A DNA stretch of 64,000 nucleotides, taken from assembly GCA_905331295.1 (NCBI GenBank), contig CAJNYD010000012.1:434001-498000 (forward strand), in the 5' to 3' direction. Below are positions 1 to 12,769 of this stretch, piece by piece. Position 1 is the first letter of the stretch, and each line of letters starts with the position of its first letter. A program made the position numbers and the translations under genes. The stretch comes from Rotaria socialis (lineage: Eukaryota). The notes under the pieces are model-generated. The model was not told the DNA's origin. It saw only the letters and a list, made by a program, of their open reading frames with translations, and did not search any database.

Positions 1-481
1 TTGACTTTGAATAGCTACAAAAGCTTGTAAAATACTGAGCATTTATCATGATATCATAAGTTTCAGATAATTTGAAGATTTTATAGTTCTCTTATTTATA
101 TAGCATTTTATTCTAAATCATCAGGATGGAAAATTTATCTGTTTTTTTTCTCAAAATATGGCGTATATTACATATTGATCAGGAAAAGAATAGAAAATAA
201 AATCTAGTTCTTGTATCATTGTTAACACAAATGACAAAATAATGTACTCCAAAAGATTTAAAGAACTTCAAGGTCTGTTGTGTCTCTTGACTGTCAATTA
301 GTTTCTAATTGCTGCTGGTGCGTTTTGATCCACTCTGTGTTGAGCGCATGATGGATAGAATATAACACTCTTGATAGTAAAATTTTATGTGATGGCTGAT
401 CTGTATGAGTACGATTCGAAAATATACATTGAATTGGTTATACATTGATGAAAGTTTCATGTCTTATTGGAATGACAACGA

Positions 482-1009
482 CTACCGATGTGGGTGAGAA
501 AACGTTTTTTAGTCTACGTCTATTTTACAATGACATTGTTGAAAGATCACTGNGAGAATAATAAGAAAAAAGTGATATCAATATGAAAAGAGAGATTAAA
601 AAAGAATGAATTAATAATCCTCTGACGAGAGAATTGATAAATCTGATGTGGAAACATTGTTTTTTTCTTCTTTCCCTTTCTTCCTCGACAAACAGGTTCG
701 CCAACAAGATGAGCAAAAGATTTGATTGTATCATCTAGTGATCTTTTTTTTGACTCTAATAATTGCAACAGATTTTGAATTTGTTTACTTTTACGAGCTG
801 CTTTACGTGTCGATTTTTTTTTCTTGAATAGAAGAAAATCCTAATCCAGTTTGCACCATGCGATGAGATATCACACTTTCCTCCTGCTTTAGGCATTGGA
901 TAAATCGCAAATATGTCTACGACATAGACGAATATAATCTACCGATGTGGGTGAGAAAACGTTTTTTAGTCTACGTCTATTTTACAATGACATTGTTGAA
1001 AGATCACTG
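482..1009. repeat. 71-bp exact direct duplication (482-552 and 939-1009), first copy abutting the N at 553
   Basis: CTACCGATGTGGGTGAGAAAAC...GAAAGATCACTG occurs twice. The first copy ends at the single-N contig join, so it is either a second element copy or an assembly overlap. Confidence 0.9.
640..935 (-). pseudogene. Degenerate MULE/Mutator-like transposase C-terminal fragment
   Basis: Minus strand reads YLRFIQCLKQEESVISHRMVQTGLG, then shifts frame in an A-run to STRKAARKSKQIQNLLQLLESKKRSLDDTIKSFAHLVG. This resembles the HPxIWxFIxxLKxEE C-terminal helix of invertebrate MULE transposases. It has a stop and a frameshift. Confidence 0.45.
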
Positions 1010-1227
1010 TACTTTCGCCAATTGGCGAAATTCTACCGAATGTATTGGCGAAAGTATAGTGGACGTTCGCCAATTGGCGAAGTTCCAGAGACCATATTGG
1101 CGAAAGTATAGTGGACTTTCGCCAATTGGCGAAGCTCCACCGAATGTATTGGTGAAAGTACAGTGGACTTTCGCCATTGGCGAAAGTCCTATTGGCGAAA
1201 GTCTTATTGGCGAAATTCCGGAACCCC
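1010..1227. repeat. Subterminal-type repeat array: 52-bp period units with palindrome TTCGCCAATTGGCGAA, then three ~15-bp ATTGGCGAAAGT units
   Basis: Units start at 1012, 1064, 1116 and 1168 (52-bp period). The array ends in CCGGAACCCC, a probable transposon terminus. Confidence 0.85.
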
Positions 1228-2448
1228 GTAATTTTCTGTATTTCAACAATATACAAAAATAATTCTCAAAATATATTTATCTAAGAGTGTTAGAATAATG
1301 CTAATACTACGAAAAAGAAGCATATCAGTAGTTACCATTAAATATTCACCATAGAAAATTCGATTTCAAGATGTCAAAGCTTCGATATTTCATGTATTTG
1401 AAAGTATTTTGTAAGACATCACCAGATCTTTACATTTTTCGATATATCCTTTGGTTTCTATGTCTTGCATAATTTATTGCTGAATTGAAACTACATGTAG
1501 ATGACAACAAACATATTCTATGATATATTAGTTTGAGTCTGATTGATAAGATACTATAGGAAATCTAAAAAACAACTTCTTAAGAAAACTAATTATTTTA
1601 ATTTAACAGTGAGCAGAAATAGAAGTATAATAAATGGTATATCGATTTAGGTTCAATATGTTAATACAGATTAAAATTTAAACAGTATTCACCCAACGTG
1701 AAACGTATCAGTTTTAATGCAGAAAATTCAGACAATTAAAAATTAGCTGTTCATATCGATGAAAGTTAAACTACACAAGTTTCGTATCTATCAACAACGA
1801 TTATTGAATCTTTTTCTTTTATCAAGACATTCAAATAATAAAATAATGAAGTAAAAAAATCATAGCTTGTATGTTGTACTATTAATAAGTATGACCATTA
1901 AGAAAAATATACTTCATTGAAATCTGTTTAAAAGTATCATTTTCTTATTGTTTCTAATAAAATAGATTTTATTATCTGTTCGGTTCACAATATGACCAAT
2001 GTTTATTTCTATGTAGCTAATAATGTTGTAACTTAACATTTTCAGAATATTTTGTATTGAAATCATTTTTTTGTAATTAGAGTGTATTCATGATTGAAGT
2101 ATTGAGAAGCAGGTCAAATCATACACCGAGTGTATACGTATGCTATAACAAAAATCATCAATTCAGTACAAAATAATTTATTAATCGTGTTGTCCTATAT
2201 TTGGAACATATGTTTTGTTTGATTCAAAGAAACTTGAGGAATCTCTCACTAAGAGATGTGTACAAGATAAAAATAACTTTCCTGTTCTTCGTAAAAGAGT
2301 TGTGCATACTGTTTCTTGAACATCATATTTGAATCTTATCTAACTCTATAGAATGAACATCTAGAAATAGCATGCCAATTTTCTAACCGAACAGAAATTT
2401 CTTTTCGAAAACATTATTGAATTGTGTAATTATATATATATATATATA

Positions 2449-3324
2449 CTTAGGATATACCAAAAGTTCTGGCCACGAGATCTTTAGTTCGACAAAATCC
2501 ATAGTTTTGAAAGTTTTGCTGCGCGAATATATATAGCAATATGCCTATTCTATGATACTGCATATATTAGTCTTCGTAGATTGTTTTTGCATCTATCCCC
2601 TGAATAGTTCGAATTTTGATATAGCTCCTATTAAATTCATCAGTCATGTTTAACAGTTTGTTTGAAAAATGAAATGAGTTGAAATCGAACGATCTTTCAC
2701 CTATATATACTATCGGAATGTAATATTCTCGAACGTGACGTCATAGAACGTTACACGAGAGGCAAATAAACAACATAGAATATTCCAGAATGTATCCGAA
2801 CATTCCACAAGGATCTGTTAGATATTGGTATAGCCACTATATTATAGATTTTCTCCAAAATGACTGTTAGAATTAAATCCAATATAAGACTAATATATGC
2901 AGCAGTGGCGGCGGAGCCATTGAGATCCATGAGGCTTGAGCCTCACCTAGATTTCACAAGATGAGGCTCAGCCTCACTTACTTTTGTACTGAATATTGCT
3001 ATTTTTTTATTCTTGCATCAAAGCAGGAGCAAAAAGTCTTTTTTGGTATTTTCCAATCATAATTTTTATACTGACCATTTTTATTTTTACTGCAGTTCAA
3101 TAAAAAGAAGACTTATTTTCTGCCTGATGCGTTCATAAAATTAAGTTCTGACCACGAGATCTTTAGTTCGACAAAATTCATAGTTTTGAAAGTTTTATTG
3201 CGCGAATATATATAGTAATATGCCTGCTCTATGATACTGCATATCAGGGGTGGGGGAGCGTCATTAAGTTAGGTGAGGCTCATAATATGTTTTTTCTACC
3301 GTGGAATTTTTGGTATACCCTAAG
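2449..3324. mobile_element. Non-autonomous composite DNA transposon (MITE-like) with imperfect 22-bp TIRs, flanked by TA
   Basis: 2449-2470 CTTAGGATATACCAAAAGTTCT matches the reverse complement of 3303-3324 (CTTAGGGTATACCAAAAATTCC) at 19/22. Both ends are flanked by TA, with a (TA)n tract on the left. Internal 102-bp direct repeat at 2464-2565 / 3143-3244; 17-bp inverted repeat at 2558-2574 / 2886-2902. Confidence 0.7.
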
Positions 3325-3699
3325 TATATAATTGGTTAGTATTCGATTGACATATATAGCGACCTCTATCACAGTTAGATGTGAATATGTTTTATTAATG
3401 AATTTTTGAATTTTTGAACATCATATCATTATTTAAACCACAAGATTGAATTATAATTAAAGATAAAATATCTATTTCTTATAAATATCAAATTAATGTC
3501 CAATCCTATGACAATCTATGACTCATGTGTGCATTGATTTGTTACTTTTCTTCATTCTGTTGACAACATTTGCCATGCACTCCTCTCATTCTCGATTGAG
3601 CGAGTTTTTTTCTTCTTATATTCTATTCTTTGTATAACATAGCCTCTCACTTATTCATTCTATTTCATTTAACCTTACTATTCGCTTTCTAAACACGTA

Positions 3700-4304
3700 A
3701 TGTATTCATATGAAGACGCTCCTCCACCATATCCTGGCTTAACAACACCAAGCGGTCCCTCAAATGTAGTGACATCCAAAGGTGCTTACAAAGGTGTACC
3801 AGTATATGAAATAGCTTCAAATGATGCTCCCAATTGTAAGTGTTTTAGGAATTGTGTGCGTGTGTTGACTGGTAGCTTAGAATAAAAATAACCTTTAGAT
3901 AGTCAAGCATCGTATCAACAAGTACCGGTATCACCGAGTGGAACAATTCTAGTTCGCACGCATTCTGTTCATGTTGGCCGCAATCCAATTAATTGTGTTT
4001 GTCCTCAATGCCATCAGCAAATTATGACACGAGTCGATTATGTATGCATGAATAAGATGGCAAAAATGTTTTCATTCAATATTTTTATCTATTTAGGATT
4101 CTGGTTCATTTGCATGGCTCATGTGTTTATTACTCACGGTTATAGGGTAAAAAGAAAGATTTTTATTTGTTTTCTTTCGATAGTTTATTTTCTTTTAGTT
4201 GTATTCCATGCTGTGTAATTCCATTTTGTGCAATATCATGCCAAGATGTTACTCACATATGTCCTCATTGTTCCGCTATAATTGGTCGTCGAAAAATTCT
4301 TTGA
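3700..4304 (+). CDS. LITAF/CDIP1-family zinc-ribbon membrane protein (4 exons)
   Basis: N-terminal PPPY motif; spliced CVCPQCHQQIMTRVDY-DSGSFAWLMCLLL...CCVIPFC...DVTHICPHC gives two CxxC motifs around a hydrophobic stretch; TGA at 4302-4304. Confidence 0.92.
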
Positions 4305-4636
4305 ATTTCCTTTTGTTTTTTTTCCTATCTGCATTAGAACTTATTCATTGCGTTTTTGAAAATGTATATTTGTGGATATTTCCCACTAATCGTGCTCTTT
4401 TGTTTTCACTTCGTCTTATGCTTATTGAAATATGATTGTTTACTTCTGCCTCTTGTTTTTGTTTTTAACTAGTCACTTTGTTCCTTGCATATATTGAATT
4501 TCATCTAGTTAATAAATTATAAAAAATAAAACAAGATCTGTCCAATGATATTTTCATTTTATTGTTCAGATTTGAAATTTCCGGAAAAAGAAACAATTCC
4601 ATTTAGTTATTTGTAGATTTTGGCTTTGAAAACTTG

Positions 4637-5712
4637 ATGTCTTCGCGTACCAGTGATTCTTCGGTAGCATCAACATTCACAATGAAAAAGTCATCATTAC
4701 AACCTGATGTAAGATTGAACATTTTTATAAAAATAATTTATTTCTAATCTAAGTTTCATATTCAAAGGATTTAAGAGATCGTACGGAAGAATTAAAGCAA
4801 TCTTTAGCAATATGGCGAAATATCTTACTACCTTTAAACAAATTACTTGAATGGGAAAATAAATATGATCCATTCATTATTTTTGGTATTATTACTTTTA
4901 TTTTCATGTAAGATTATTTTTTAATTTTTGCTGAAACAAACATATTTTATTATTGCTAAATAATAGTTTTATACTTCAAGCAAATCCACCTGTATTAACG
5001 CTTGTTAGTTGTGTTATTCTGGCCTTTGTTCTTATTGATTTGCTTGTACCAATCGGAATTCGAATGCTTTTTAAAAATGAACATTGGTCAGTTATTAAAT
5101 AATCATCATCCATCTAACTATTCATCATCTATCTATATTTATTGTAGGACATCAGTTAAAGATGCTAAATATACTCGATTATGCGAACGAATCGCTAATT
5201 TCGAACAACATATTAAACAATTATGTGAATCAGCTTTAAAAATGCGTAAAGAACGACCACTTATGGTAATATATTAATACAAGGATTTTAATTTGGTTCC
5301 GATTTAATTCTTATTTTAGTATTTAATGTTGGGTGCAATTTTGCTTTCGTTTATTGCATTTTGCGGTCAACGTGTTGATAATCTTCTTCTTAGTTACTTA
5401 ACAAGTAATTTATTTTTGTTTTTCTCGACAGCTAGAACAATATTGATATTAATTCTTTTAGCTCTTTTAATCTGTCTCATACCCGGTATTCGTAATCGTC
5501 AATTGATTCCATTCATTCGTCAGCAGATTGTCGATTTTTGGAATAATAAGAAGTCAACAGCATCGTCAATACAAAACGTATCTATTTTAAATGTAACTCC
5601 AACCATTTCATCAGTTAAAGCATCAACAGTTGTTCGTTCATCGTCAAATCAACCAACATATACACTTTATTCAACGACATCGCATGGAAATAACAAAACA
5701 AAAGCTCAATAA
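4637..5712 (+). CDS. ARL6IP1: ADP-ribosylation factor-like protein 6-interacting protein 1 (ER-shaping protein), multi-exon
   Basis: Spliced protein LKQSLAIWRNILLPLNKLLEWE...NPPVLTLVSC...KNEHWTS...KMRKERPLMYL...CGQRVDNLLLSYL...LIPGI follows ARL6IP1 motifs in order; GT-AG introns. Confidence 0.88.
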
Positions 5713-8700
5713 TTGAAATAATTATACGACAAATATTTGAAACTATTTTCTCATACGTTTTTTTTTTACCTTCTCAAGCCTGTACAAAATCACTGAAAGT
5801 GTATAGACTATATCTCGGATATATATATATATATATCAAAATCTTGAAAAGACAAAAATAAAACCAATTATTTGTACTTTCATGAAGATCATATCATTAA
5901 ACATTATTGATAGACGTTCGTTCCTTTTTTCCTAATGAATAAAATGCATAACAGAAAATATTCTCTTTTGGTTTTTGATTTCGAAACAAAATTATATTAA
6001 ACATCAAAAAGAATAAACTGCATGTCTGTAATTGAAATAATATTGATTACATTTTAGATATATTTTATCGGTCGTTTTTTAAATAACTATTTAATAAATA
6101 TGTCATATTTAGGTAATAAAACGAAAATATTAATAATATTTATGTTTACACGATTTGAAATCTTCTGGTAAGTCTGATATTTTTTATTATCATATAATTT
6201 ATCATAGATTACTGGTTGTGTTTTAAATTAGAACTAATGCCAATAAGCCTCTTGTGGTAAATAATCATTTGATGAGAATCATATTAGTCTAATAGGAAGT
6301 ACATATCTCGTACATACGAATAATAATAAAAAGTCTAGAGCATGAATTTCAATAAAAGTCAATACTTGATTAATTATGTTCGGAATTTTCTGATGATTGA
6401 TTAGAAAGATCTCATTTTAAAATTCGTGTCGGTACTAATGCGACTTCTTATAAAGTTTCATAATTATTCATGTCATATATTAACATTTAATAATCCACTA
6501 TAATTATTTTTTTTGATTCTGAAGTATTAATATGTATTATGAAACTCTGTGACACATTATATGTTTGTTCTTTTATTGTTACAACATTAAATTATCTCAA
6601 AATAAATCAGTTATTATCTCTCCTTGACATATTATTATTTTTTACGTTATTATTTTGATCTATTTATTTATATAAGTTCCTTTTTTGCGATTAAAATTCA
6701 TTGTTTTCTAATAAAAACTGAAATCAATGTTATTTCCTCCTATGTAATAATACCCAATATAAAATCAACATCATTATTTTCTATTGGTTACAATGCTTTA
6801 TTCTATACTGCATAATTGTTATTTATTTTTACTATAATACAAACATTGAGGACTTTGCTAATGATTTTTTTAAATTGTATTTATTTTTCCCGAATCTTAA
6901 TCACTTACAGTGAACTAATAATGACAAAAAGATGAGAAATCATTTTTTGCTGGGTATATTTTTATTAAATAGTTAAGGTATACTATGAAATAATTATCAA
7001 ACATTTGGTATTCGAAAAAACAAATTTCCCTTTTTTTTTGGATACTTCAATAGAAACTATCATTACAAAGAAGAATAAAGTTTAATAAAATCAAAAAATT
7101 CACTAAACAACGACTAGCTCGAACGAATTTTAAAATGATGAATAGTAGTAAATTTACTCAGCGGATATTTTTCATTACGTTAAACGAATAAACTGTGAGA
7201 TTGTTTTTATTCTTTGTATCAATGGCAGAGAAAACAAATTGCAAGACGGTAGAAAAGAATTAAATTATTTTTCTTAAATTGATTCATTGAAAAGTTTTAA
7301 CGATCATCCTGTGATAAATATTCTCTATGATTCAATGAAAAATCTTATAAGAAAATTTATGTTTCTATACATCTTTATGTCTATTCATAGCGAGACAAAC
7401 AGAATAAGCGATCAGGAAATATATTGAATTTGGGCGAAGACAATGGGATTTATATTTATCGATATTCAGCTCACATGTAGAGCAATTCAAAAATTCTCGT
7501 AGACTTCTCAACATTTTATCCACAATAATGAATGATACGGAAGAATGTCATGTTTTACTTCATGAAGGAAACGTAATTAAACGTCAATGCAACATTAGTA
7601 AATTTCTATTATTGTTGTGCACTAGAATTTTATTATATAGCGATTATTCACAATAGAGTCAAAGATGTTTTGATATTAATTTATTCTTCTCTTTCATCAA
7701 TCAATTTGACTTAAATAAACAAATGAATGTTTACTATAGCACTTGTGATACTATACTATTACTATTGTATGAAAACAGTCGTAATCTTTTCAAATTGTAC
7801 AAAAAACTAGATCATAAAAACTAGCATGAATAATTAGGAGATAGAGAATCATAAAACCTTCTCATAAAATAGGTTTGACATGTTTTGTTGATCCATGTAC
7901 TTCTAAATTTTCAAGTAGAATTTCGCTATTTAAAAAAATCAAACATTTCATAAAACGATAATATTTGATCCGATTTACTGATACTAATTTATTTTTGAAT
8001 TTGCATGCAATAGAACTAAAATAAAGAAAATTTCACTTTCCTTACCCTATCAAACATTTTCGCCAACGCATTATCAATTGAATTGTTGTTTTTGACAATT
8101 CTCGTATTTCATGACGTCAATAACGATTATGACAAATGCTGGTGACCATGATTCATCTTTAAAGACTGATGCTTATCATAGATTTCGTATTAAAGTTTAT
8201 CATGAAAAATAATAGACATTTTACTGAAGGCTTTTTTTTCTTCTATTTGTTTCAGAATATCAATTATCGATTCTTTTTTGGATGATTTTCGTAAATCCTT
8301 GGCTTAGTCTCAACTCATTTTGATTTGTATCAATAAATGACTTGCAAGAATAAGAACCTGCATGACTATTTTCTAATTTTTGTCAAAATCATATAACCAT
8401 TCTATCACATAGTGCATCATATCATTAGGTCCCTTGAATTTGAATTCTGTGTACGTCTTTGGATTTTGTTGTATTACAGACTGTATTGTACTTTTATTTT
8501 TAAAATTATTTTAGCTATTTTCTATAGCATAAAACAGCATACAGAACAACAGTACGAATATCATAAATACTGAACCAGATGTAAAATGATACAAATCATC
8601 AAATACTTTCAAGAACAACACATCAACATTGATGACTGCTTTTACGTTATCTTGCTTTCATGTATACCTATTCAGTATACTGTATTTTTTTTATGAAATA

Positions 8701-8958
8701 TGACAAAATAGGCAACATGATTTATATTTCATCTTTATTACAATAAAATAGATTTTTAACAGAAGATATAAATTTAAATCTATTTGTGTTTGTTCAAATG
8801 TTTATTTATTTTCTTTAATAATTTTCTAAAAATTATTATGATTCTTGTGAATTTTAATCTATATATAGAAATAAAATATTGTCAATGAATTTTGAAAGTA
8901 TTCAGCGCGATTATCTTAGTATTAAATATTTATTTTGTTTTATAGAAAACAAGAAATT

Positions 8959-10213
8959 ATGCCGAAAATTCGACGAAAACGCCGAACTACAACAAGCAAT
9001 CAACTCAATCGACCAAAAAAGGTCTTAGCAATGTCAGCAACACCTGACGTAAGTTACAATTATATACATTCGCTTGATTCTTTATTTTCACAAAAAGATT
9101 ACTTTTAATAAACGCTGAAAATAAGATGGCACTAAAAAGATTTCGATCCTATTCAAATTATTCTACATATTTGTGGAAAAAAATAGTTATTTCTATTTTT
9201 GCCACCGTTTTACACTGTTCGACATTTATGAGTGTCATTATATATTTGAATAAAATTCATTTTGCTCGCTTCGTATTGTTTATTCGTCAATTCTTTTTAG
9301 TTATGTTTTCCTTTCTTATGCACTTCGATCTTTTATTTTCTTTATATAGAGTCAACAAGGAAAAGCAATTTATTTTGACTTTGTTGCTCAACCCAATCTA
9401 TGTATTAAATCAAAATCGACAGGCAAATTCATTCAGCTGTCAAAGCCACCGAAATCATTGAAAGTATCTGATGATTGGGATGTTAAACCAGGTGATGTAT
9501 TTTCATGGAGTGAAGGTCGACCAACAGAAATTTTCTTGTAAGTTTATTTTAAAGCATAAACAAAGTTGTTTCCTTTAGAATGTATCTATGTTATTTTCCT
9601 TAGTGTTACATCAGAAGGAACACTTTTGAAGAATCCCGATACATCTGGTTCCGGTTATTTAACAATACCACTATCAATAACTTGTCAATTTTCGGATGCA
9701 ATCGATTATTTCTCTTCTGTTCTGGATTCAATTGGTCGTAATTATGTATCATCTATTGAACTTGCACCAACTGATTTGTTTTTTCTGAAAAATTTCTCGA
9801 AACAGCAATTACCAATATCAATCAAGAATCGAACTGATGTAACATATTCATTTGACCCGAATGATGAAATCCTTTATGTTACAATTACATCAAATCCTAA
9901 TCGAAGTCAACATTTCCCATTAGGCACAACTAAAACAGATGATATTCTTCAATGGTTATCAACAAGTGATGAAACAAAAGCTGAATTCATTGTTAAATAT
10001 GATTTCGACGGCAAGAATACATGTACTAAGGTTCCTCGTGGTATTATTATCGGTTTACCAACTGGATGGCAATGTGAACAACACGGTTCAGTGATGTTTA
10101 GTGACAGTAAAATACAAGGAGAATGGAAATGTACAGGACCAGAGAAAACGAAAAACAATGCTCGCGAAGCAATCAATAAACATTATAAAGGGCTTAATAT
10201 TGAAATTAAATAA
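8959..10213 (+). CDS. Uncharacterised protein, paralogue A of tandem pair (3 exons)
   Basis: ATG at 8959 with a basic N-terminus MPKIRRKRR; exon 2 AIYFDFVAQP...WDVKPGDVFSWSEGRPTEIFF; exon 3 TLLKNPDTSGSGYLTIP through to TAA at 10211-10213; colinear homology to the next gene. Confidence 0.8.
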
Positions 10214-10279
10214 TTAAATGATTTTTATTGTAGATTAAAAAAGAATAAAAAAAAGAGAAATAGAAGATAATTTTCAACC

Positions 10280-11293
10280 ATGGCTTCAGCGAGTATAAGT
10301 AATGGACAGCCAGCACGATATTTCGATTTAGTCAATCAACCAGAAACATTAAAACTAAGAAATGGTCTTTCAATACCTGCTTCTGAATTGAAAGATTTTT
10401 CAGAAAAACGAAGTTCTGTACCAATTGAGTGGGATGTTAACTTTGGTGATGTGATCGATTGGTCAAGTGATCGTCCAACAGAAGCTTATTTTGTTCTAGA
10501 AGATAGAACTTTGTTGAAAAATCCAGATAGAAGTGGATCAGGTTATTTAACTATTCCATATGATGTTGCGAGTAAAACATTTTTCAATTTATAAATTGTT
10601 TTGATGCGTTGACTTCTCTTAGACACTACTCGGAATGTATTACTTGAATATAAAAATGTAATTGAAAGTATTGGAAAAGATAATGTTTCAACCATTGAAA
10701 TACATCCACAAGATATCTTTATCAAAGAAAATTGGGGTGAACTTCCGCATGAAATACTATCATCTAATGTTCAATTCACGTATGATCCACGCGAAGAATT
10801 TCTTCATGTTAGTCTGCCACAGATATCAAAATCAAAAGAATTTAAATTAGGCTCAACAACTATGAACAATATTCAAATATGGTTTACAAGGTAAAAAGAA
10901 AATCATATTGGAAAATTTCAGTTCTTTTATTCGTTAATTCATACATCTTTTAATCATAGTACGTTGATAGAACAAGCTTCTTTCCGAGTGAAATACAATT
11001 TCTTTGGTCCGCTATTTCAAAAATATCATCAATTGTACAAATTGCATATGCTAAATTTTTCACTGCCACAAACTTGGTCAGTAGCACCTGGTACAACAGA
11101 TATTGGTCATGATCATTGTCATGGTGAATGGATTTTTCAAGGTTAGTTGATATCTTTACTTTCTTAAAAACAAGTTTTAATTAAATCCCAAATCTTTTAA
11201 GGTGATCGCCAACATTTAAAAGAAGCTAAACGAAATGTTCACGATTTTTATAAAGATCTTCCGGTAATAATTGAAGAGATACATGAAAATTAA
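10280..11293 (+). CDS. Uncharacterised protein, paralogue B of tandem pair (4 exons)
   Basis: ARYFDLVNQP...WDVNFGDVIDWSSDRPTEAYF...TLLKNPDRSGSGYLTIP...VKYNFFG...LPQTW...GEWIFQG...EAKRNVHDFYKDL; three short GT-AG introns keep the frame; TAA at 11291-11293. Confidence 0.85.
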
Positions 11294-12233
11294 ATCTCTA
11301 ATGTTCAAATGACTGATCAGATAGAATAAAAAAAATGATTATTCCTGATAAAATCTCCATGATATTGTTTCTCGAAAGTTTTTATTCATTTTTTCACACA
11401 TAAATTTTTCTAATATTTCATATCTGTTTCCAATTTATAACAAACAATAAAAAACTTGAAACAAAAAAAACAAGAAAATTGCACTATAATTGATTTATTT
11501 TTTAAAAACTTTTTTTTTCGAAAAAAATAAAAAAAGATAATTCTGAAAAACCATTGATATCTGATTTCATGATTCGAAATTGGCATATTGTCGAACTCAT
11601 TTGTGAATTATTACACAATAGCAGTTGAAGCCAATAATGAGATTGCATAATCTCGCGTGCTTATCAAACAATGATTCATTTCACTTTTAGTATAAATTTC
11701 AGTCATCGATGAGTATATATATCACTCATTCTACTCCATCTGTTTGGCTACTTCACTGGTGGAGGTGTTGCTGGAGGATCACATACTATTTCTTCAAGTC
11801 CCCGTGCACGATCCAAATCTTCGCTCATTACATTCAACATGATTGAAGCTTCCATTTAACCATGAACAAAATTTTTGCAAGTGACCAAATATCTATCAAT
11901 GCACGATTTATATAGACACTCGAGTAGCAACTTTTTCTTCTGTTCTTTCGTTCTTGCACAATGTGTAGGAAGATGTGCCTGATATATGTCGCCCTCTTCG
12001 TTCCGATGACTCAATTCACATCCGAGAGCTCAGCAAAGTGAATCAGATTTTATTCTGGAAATAGCATATTCAACAGAAAAATTTACGTGCGCGTTACAAT
12101 CTCTACACACCGACAAAACGAAACATAAAATAACTAACATTGTATATAGCAACTGTTATTGCATCAGCAGTGTTTATTGTTACATAATATTTCAATAGAT
12201 AGAAAATTTTTAAATTTATTTTTACAAAACAAG

Positions 12234-12489
12234 TCAAAAAATAAAAGGAAAGATTTGATTTTTTGTTCGCTGATCATGATATTGTTGTGGATAGTACAGA
12301 TAGTTGTTGGTTGGATTCTGCAGAGCATCTGTATTAGTTTGATGATGACAATGACAATGGCAACATTCGAACGACGTTGGAATTGTATGCCATGCAGTTA
12401 CATCGAAATTGGATATGTTCATTTGATCGTTCGGTATTGAACTTAAATCAGATAGATTTAAACGAGAATTTGAATCATCTGAAAGTATG
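12234..12489 (-). repeat. 256-bp inverted near-identical copy of the 3' coding end (13264-13519) of the neighbouring gene, ending at the N at 12490
   Basis: Same peptide (NISNFDVTAWHTIPTSFECCHCHCHHQ...IFPFIF). The differences I saw are synonymous CAG/CAA (12318 vs 13435) and TGA vs TAA stop; flanks diverge after the stop. Confidence 0.92.
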
Positions 12490-12769
12490 NCCTGTTTTTT
12501 TTAGTGTAGCCATAAGTTTATAGTGACGAATCGAAAGAAAGAAAATTAAAAGAGATTATCAATATTCAATAACACTTCTCTGTGTATGTACGTATCTAAT
12601 TAGTCAAGAAAGAGATAAGTTAGCTATGGGCGATAGAAGAGGATGAGTAAAAAAGAAAACTAATCACTTGACACATGAGTGGTCTTTCTTTCTTTTTTTC
12701 TGTAACAGATATTTCTCGTCGATCCCTATATAACTAACAATCGAAGTATTCTTTCTCTCATAACATAAA

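Noticed and set aside
1010..1227. CRISPR-like look of palindromic repeats with variable inserts
   Set aside because: The variable segments are only ~13 nt and the first and third are nearly identical; there are no cas genes and the context is eukaryotic. A transposon subterminal repeat fits better.
945..1262. Overlapping ORFs of 81-105 aa on both strands
   Set aside because: By-products of the stop-free repeat array.
7400..8300. Exon-like open stretch (KYIEFGRRQWDLYL...) and nearby fragments
   Set aside because: No coherent gene model or recognisable motif; at most an old pseudogene.
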